From: a virus
Virus record (IMG/VR): IMGVR_UViG_3300037042_001212
Coordinates: 16,528 to 80,527 of that record
Length of the DNA stretch: 64,000 bases
Reading direction: 5' to 3' (one strand)
The notes beneath the pieces are model-generated. The model was not told the origin of the DNA and ran no database searches. It worked only from the letters and a program-made list of their open reading frames with translations. How positions within the stretch are numbered: the first letter of the stretch is position 1; each line of letters opens with the position of its first letter. Positions 62,451-64,000 of the stretch are shown here, one piece after another. The position numbers and the translations under genes were made by a program.

Positions 62451-63359
62451 ATGGCACGTTTTAATATCGATACATGTTCAATGCTGGTGGAGTTCAACGC
62501 CTCCGTATGGACGGCGCGTAAGCTGGACCGCAAGGTGTCCGACGAGGTGGTGGCCAGCAAGAGCGCGGGCTCCAAGGCTGCTGCGCGGGTCAACAAGAAC
62601 CTGCTGGCTGGTCGTCCCGAGCTTGACGTGATCCAGAACCACGTCACCGCCGTACGTAACTACGTTTATGACAACACGTTGCCGTGGTCTGACAGCGGGC
62701 TGCGTCTGCTGCCGACGATCCGGTTCATAGCGTTCAACGCCCGGATGCAGGACGAGGAGAATACGTATTGGGACTTGTGTAAATCCTTTGTCACGGTGTA
62801 TCCTAGTCTCATCACTGCGCAAGCTATGGCGCTGGGGGACATGTTCAAGAGGGAGGAATACCCCGCACCGGATACCATAGCGCACAAGTTTGGGTTCAGC
62901 GTGAACTACATGCCTGTACCTACTGCGGGAGATTTCCGAGTTGATGTGGGCAACGACGCGCAGCGCGAGCTGCAGGACAAACTGACAGCGCTCGCAGATG
63001 AGCGAGTAAGCAAAGCCATGGACGATGTGCGTTTACGTATCAAGGGTCACCTTGAGCGTATGGTTGATCGCCTTGGCGTGGACGTTGTTGCTGGGGATGC
63101 CAAGCCCCGGCGCTTCCACGACAGCATGATCGAGGGGGGCTTCGAGCTGTGTGATCTGGTGAAAGGGCTCAATGTCGTGGGGGATACTGATCTGGAAGCA
63201 GCGCGTGCGTCGTTGGAGCAGTGTCTCGCTGGCGTGAGTGTGCGCACCAAGAAGAGCGGCGCTGAGATGTCGGTTGCAGACACGCTGCGTGAGGACATGC
63301 AGCAGCGTAGTGCTGTGAAGTCGCAGGTCGAAGGTATGCTCAACAAATTTAACTGGTGA
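62451..63359 (+). CDS. conserved-type phage protein of the AAA/VWA module (DUF3150-like)
   Basis: SVWTARKLD, TLPWSDSGLRLLP, F..EEYP; position after the VWA gene. Confidence 0.55.
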   Translation: MARFNIDTCSMLVEFNASVWTARKLDRKVSDEVVASKSAGSKAAARVNKNLLAGRPELDVIQNHVTAVRNYVYDNTLPWSDSGLRLLPTIRFIAFNARMQDEENTYWDLCKSFVTVYPSLITAQAMALGDMFKREEYPAPDTIAHKFGFSVNYMPVPTAGDFRVDVGNDAQRELQDKLTALADERVSKAMDDVRLRIKGHLERMVDRLGVDVVAGDAKPRRFHDSMIEGGFELCDLVKGLNVVGDTDLEAARASLEQCLAGVSVRTKKSGAEMSVADTLREDMQQRSAVKSQVEGMLNKFNW

Positions 63360-63362
63360 TAC

Positions 63363-63602
63363 ATGACAACAAAACTTGCAGGAGGTAAAAAAATCACGCG
63401 TGAGCTAGACGTCATCGTGCATGACGCTGGTGCGCGTGAGTTGCAGGTGATGCTGACAGGGGACGGCATCATCTATCTGAGGGCGAAGGGTAGGGATGTG
63501 TCTGTTGTTTGGAACGCGGCTGCGCTCTACGAGAAGGGGATCAAGGAAGGGCGCGTCATGAAGAAGCTGAAGAGAACGGTCATAAAGGAGAAGACGAAAT
63601 GA
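63363..63602 (+). CDS. hypothetical protein
   Basis: 79 aa in the operon. Confidence 0.55.
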   Translation: MTTKLAGGKKITRELDVIVHDAGARELQVMLTGDGIIYLRAKGRDVSVVWNAAALYEKGIKEGRVMKKLKRTVIKEKTK

Positions 63603-63829
63603 AACCGTATGTCATTGATGGGGAGGTGCTGTTTAAACGTATGGCCGTGGTGCTGGTCGCTGGATTGTTTGTTGGTGCGGCAGCGGCAGCGGTGGGGTAT
63701 CGGGTCAAAGAAGTCGAACCCGCGATGCAGAAGGTTGCGCTGTCGGTATGCCCCCTGCCGCAGACCGAGGGGGAGATGACGGTATACGTTGTTGAGAATG
63801 GTGCAATCAAATGCTGGAGATGGAAATGA
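63599..63829 (+). CDS. small membrane protein
   Basis: AAGGAG RBS, ATGA overlap, one TM helix. Confidence 0.55.
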   Translation: MKPYVIDGEVLFKRMAVVLVAGLFVGAAAAAVGYRVKEVEPAMQKVALSVCPLPQTEGEMTVYVVENGAIKCWRWK

Positions 63830-64000
63830 AAACAACACTAAACGCAATTCGCAAGCATCAGCCCTGCTCAGACGGCTGGAAAAAACTGTTGCAATACTTG
63901 GGCAAAACCGAGGCTGATGACGAACCACTTTTAATCAGCACAATCTTGAGCAGCAACGGCCTCGATGATGCGCTGTGGTGCTTATGCGCCGTTGATGGTC
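63826..64000 (+). CDS. phage protein, truncated by the window end
   Basis: MKTTLNAIRKHQPCSDGWKKLLQYLGKTEADDEPL...NGLDDALWCL open to the end. Confidence 0.65.
   Translation, partial: MKTTLNAIRKHQPCSDGWKKLLQYLGKTEADDEPLLISTILSSNGLDDALWCLCAVDG

Noticed and set aside
1-64000. tRNA genes, integrase/att site, alternative genetic code
   Set aside because: No tRNA T-loop/acceptor pattern or recombinase motifs seen; core genes are full-length under the standard code with all three stop codons in use.

Overview
Most of the genome of a tailed dsDNA bacteriophage with podovirus-like organisation, apparently circularly permuted because the early-gene run at the right end continues into the small genes at the left end. 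There are three blocks. (1) A + strand replication module (~0.1-11.5 kb): VRR-NUC nuclease, family A DNA polymerase, PD-(D/E)XK exonuclease, HNH, SNF2-type helicase, SSB-like protein, HTH protein and primase-helicase. (2) A - strand morphogenesis/lysis module (~11.4-54.5 kb): terminase, portal, GroES, scaffold, major capsid protein, adaptors/nozzle, Ser/Thr-rich repeat fibres, two glycosyltransferase-like genes, M15 endolysin, ejection proteins and a 2802-aa polyvalent protein. (3) A + strand early region (~54.9-64 kb) of small unknown genes plus an AAA/VWA-metallopeptidase module. I saw no integrase, tRNA, CRISPR array or reverse transcriptase. The most notable unexplained signals are: five intergenic copies of a 19-bp palindrome (TGGGGTGCTNAGCACCCCA) punctuating the early genes; an AT-rich GGAC-iteron candidate origin; a double-pseudoknot RNA candidate after the capsid gene; a short [FYM]xxGG motif shared by many virion-module proteins; a Phe-triplet motif repeated in an acidic fibre and a partner protein; and two parallel 'base protein + Ser/Thr repeat fibre + glycosyltransferase' cassettes suggesting virion glycosylation. 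Family assignments come from motifs recognised by eye, not from database searches.
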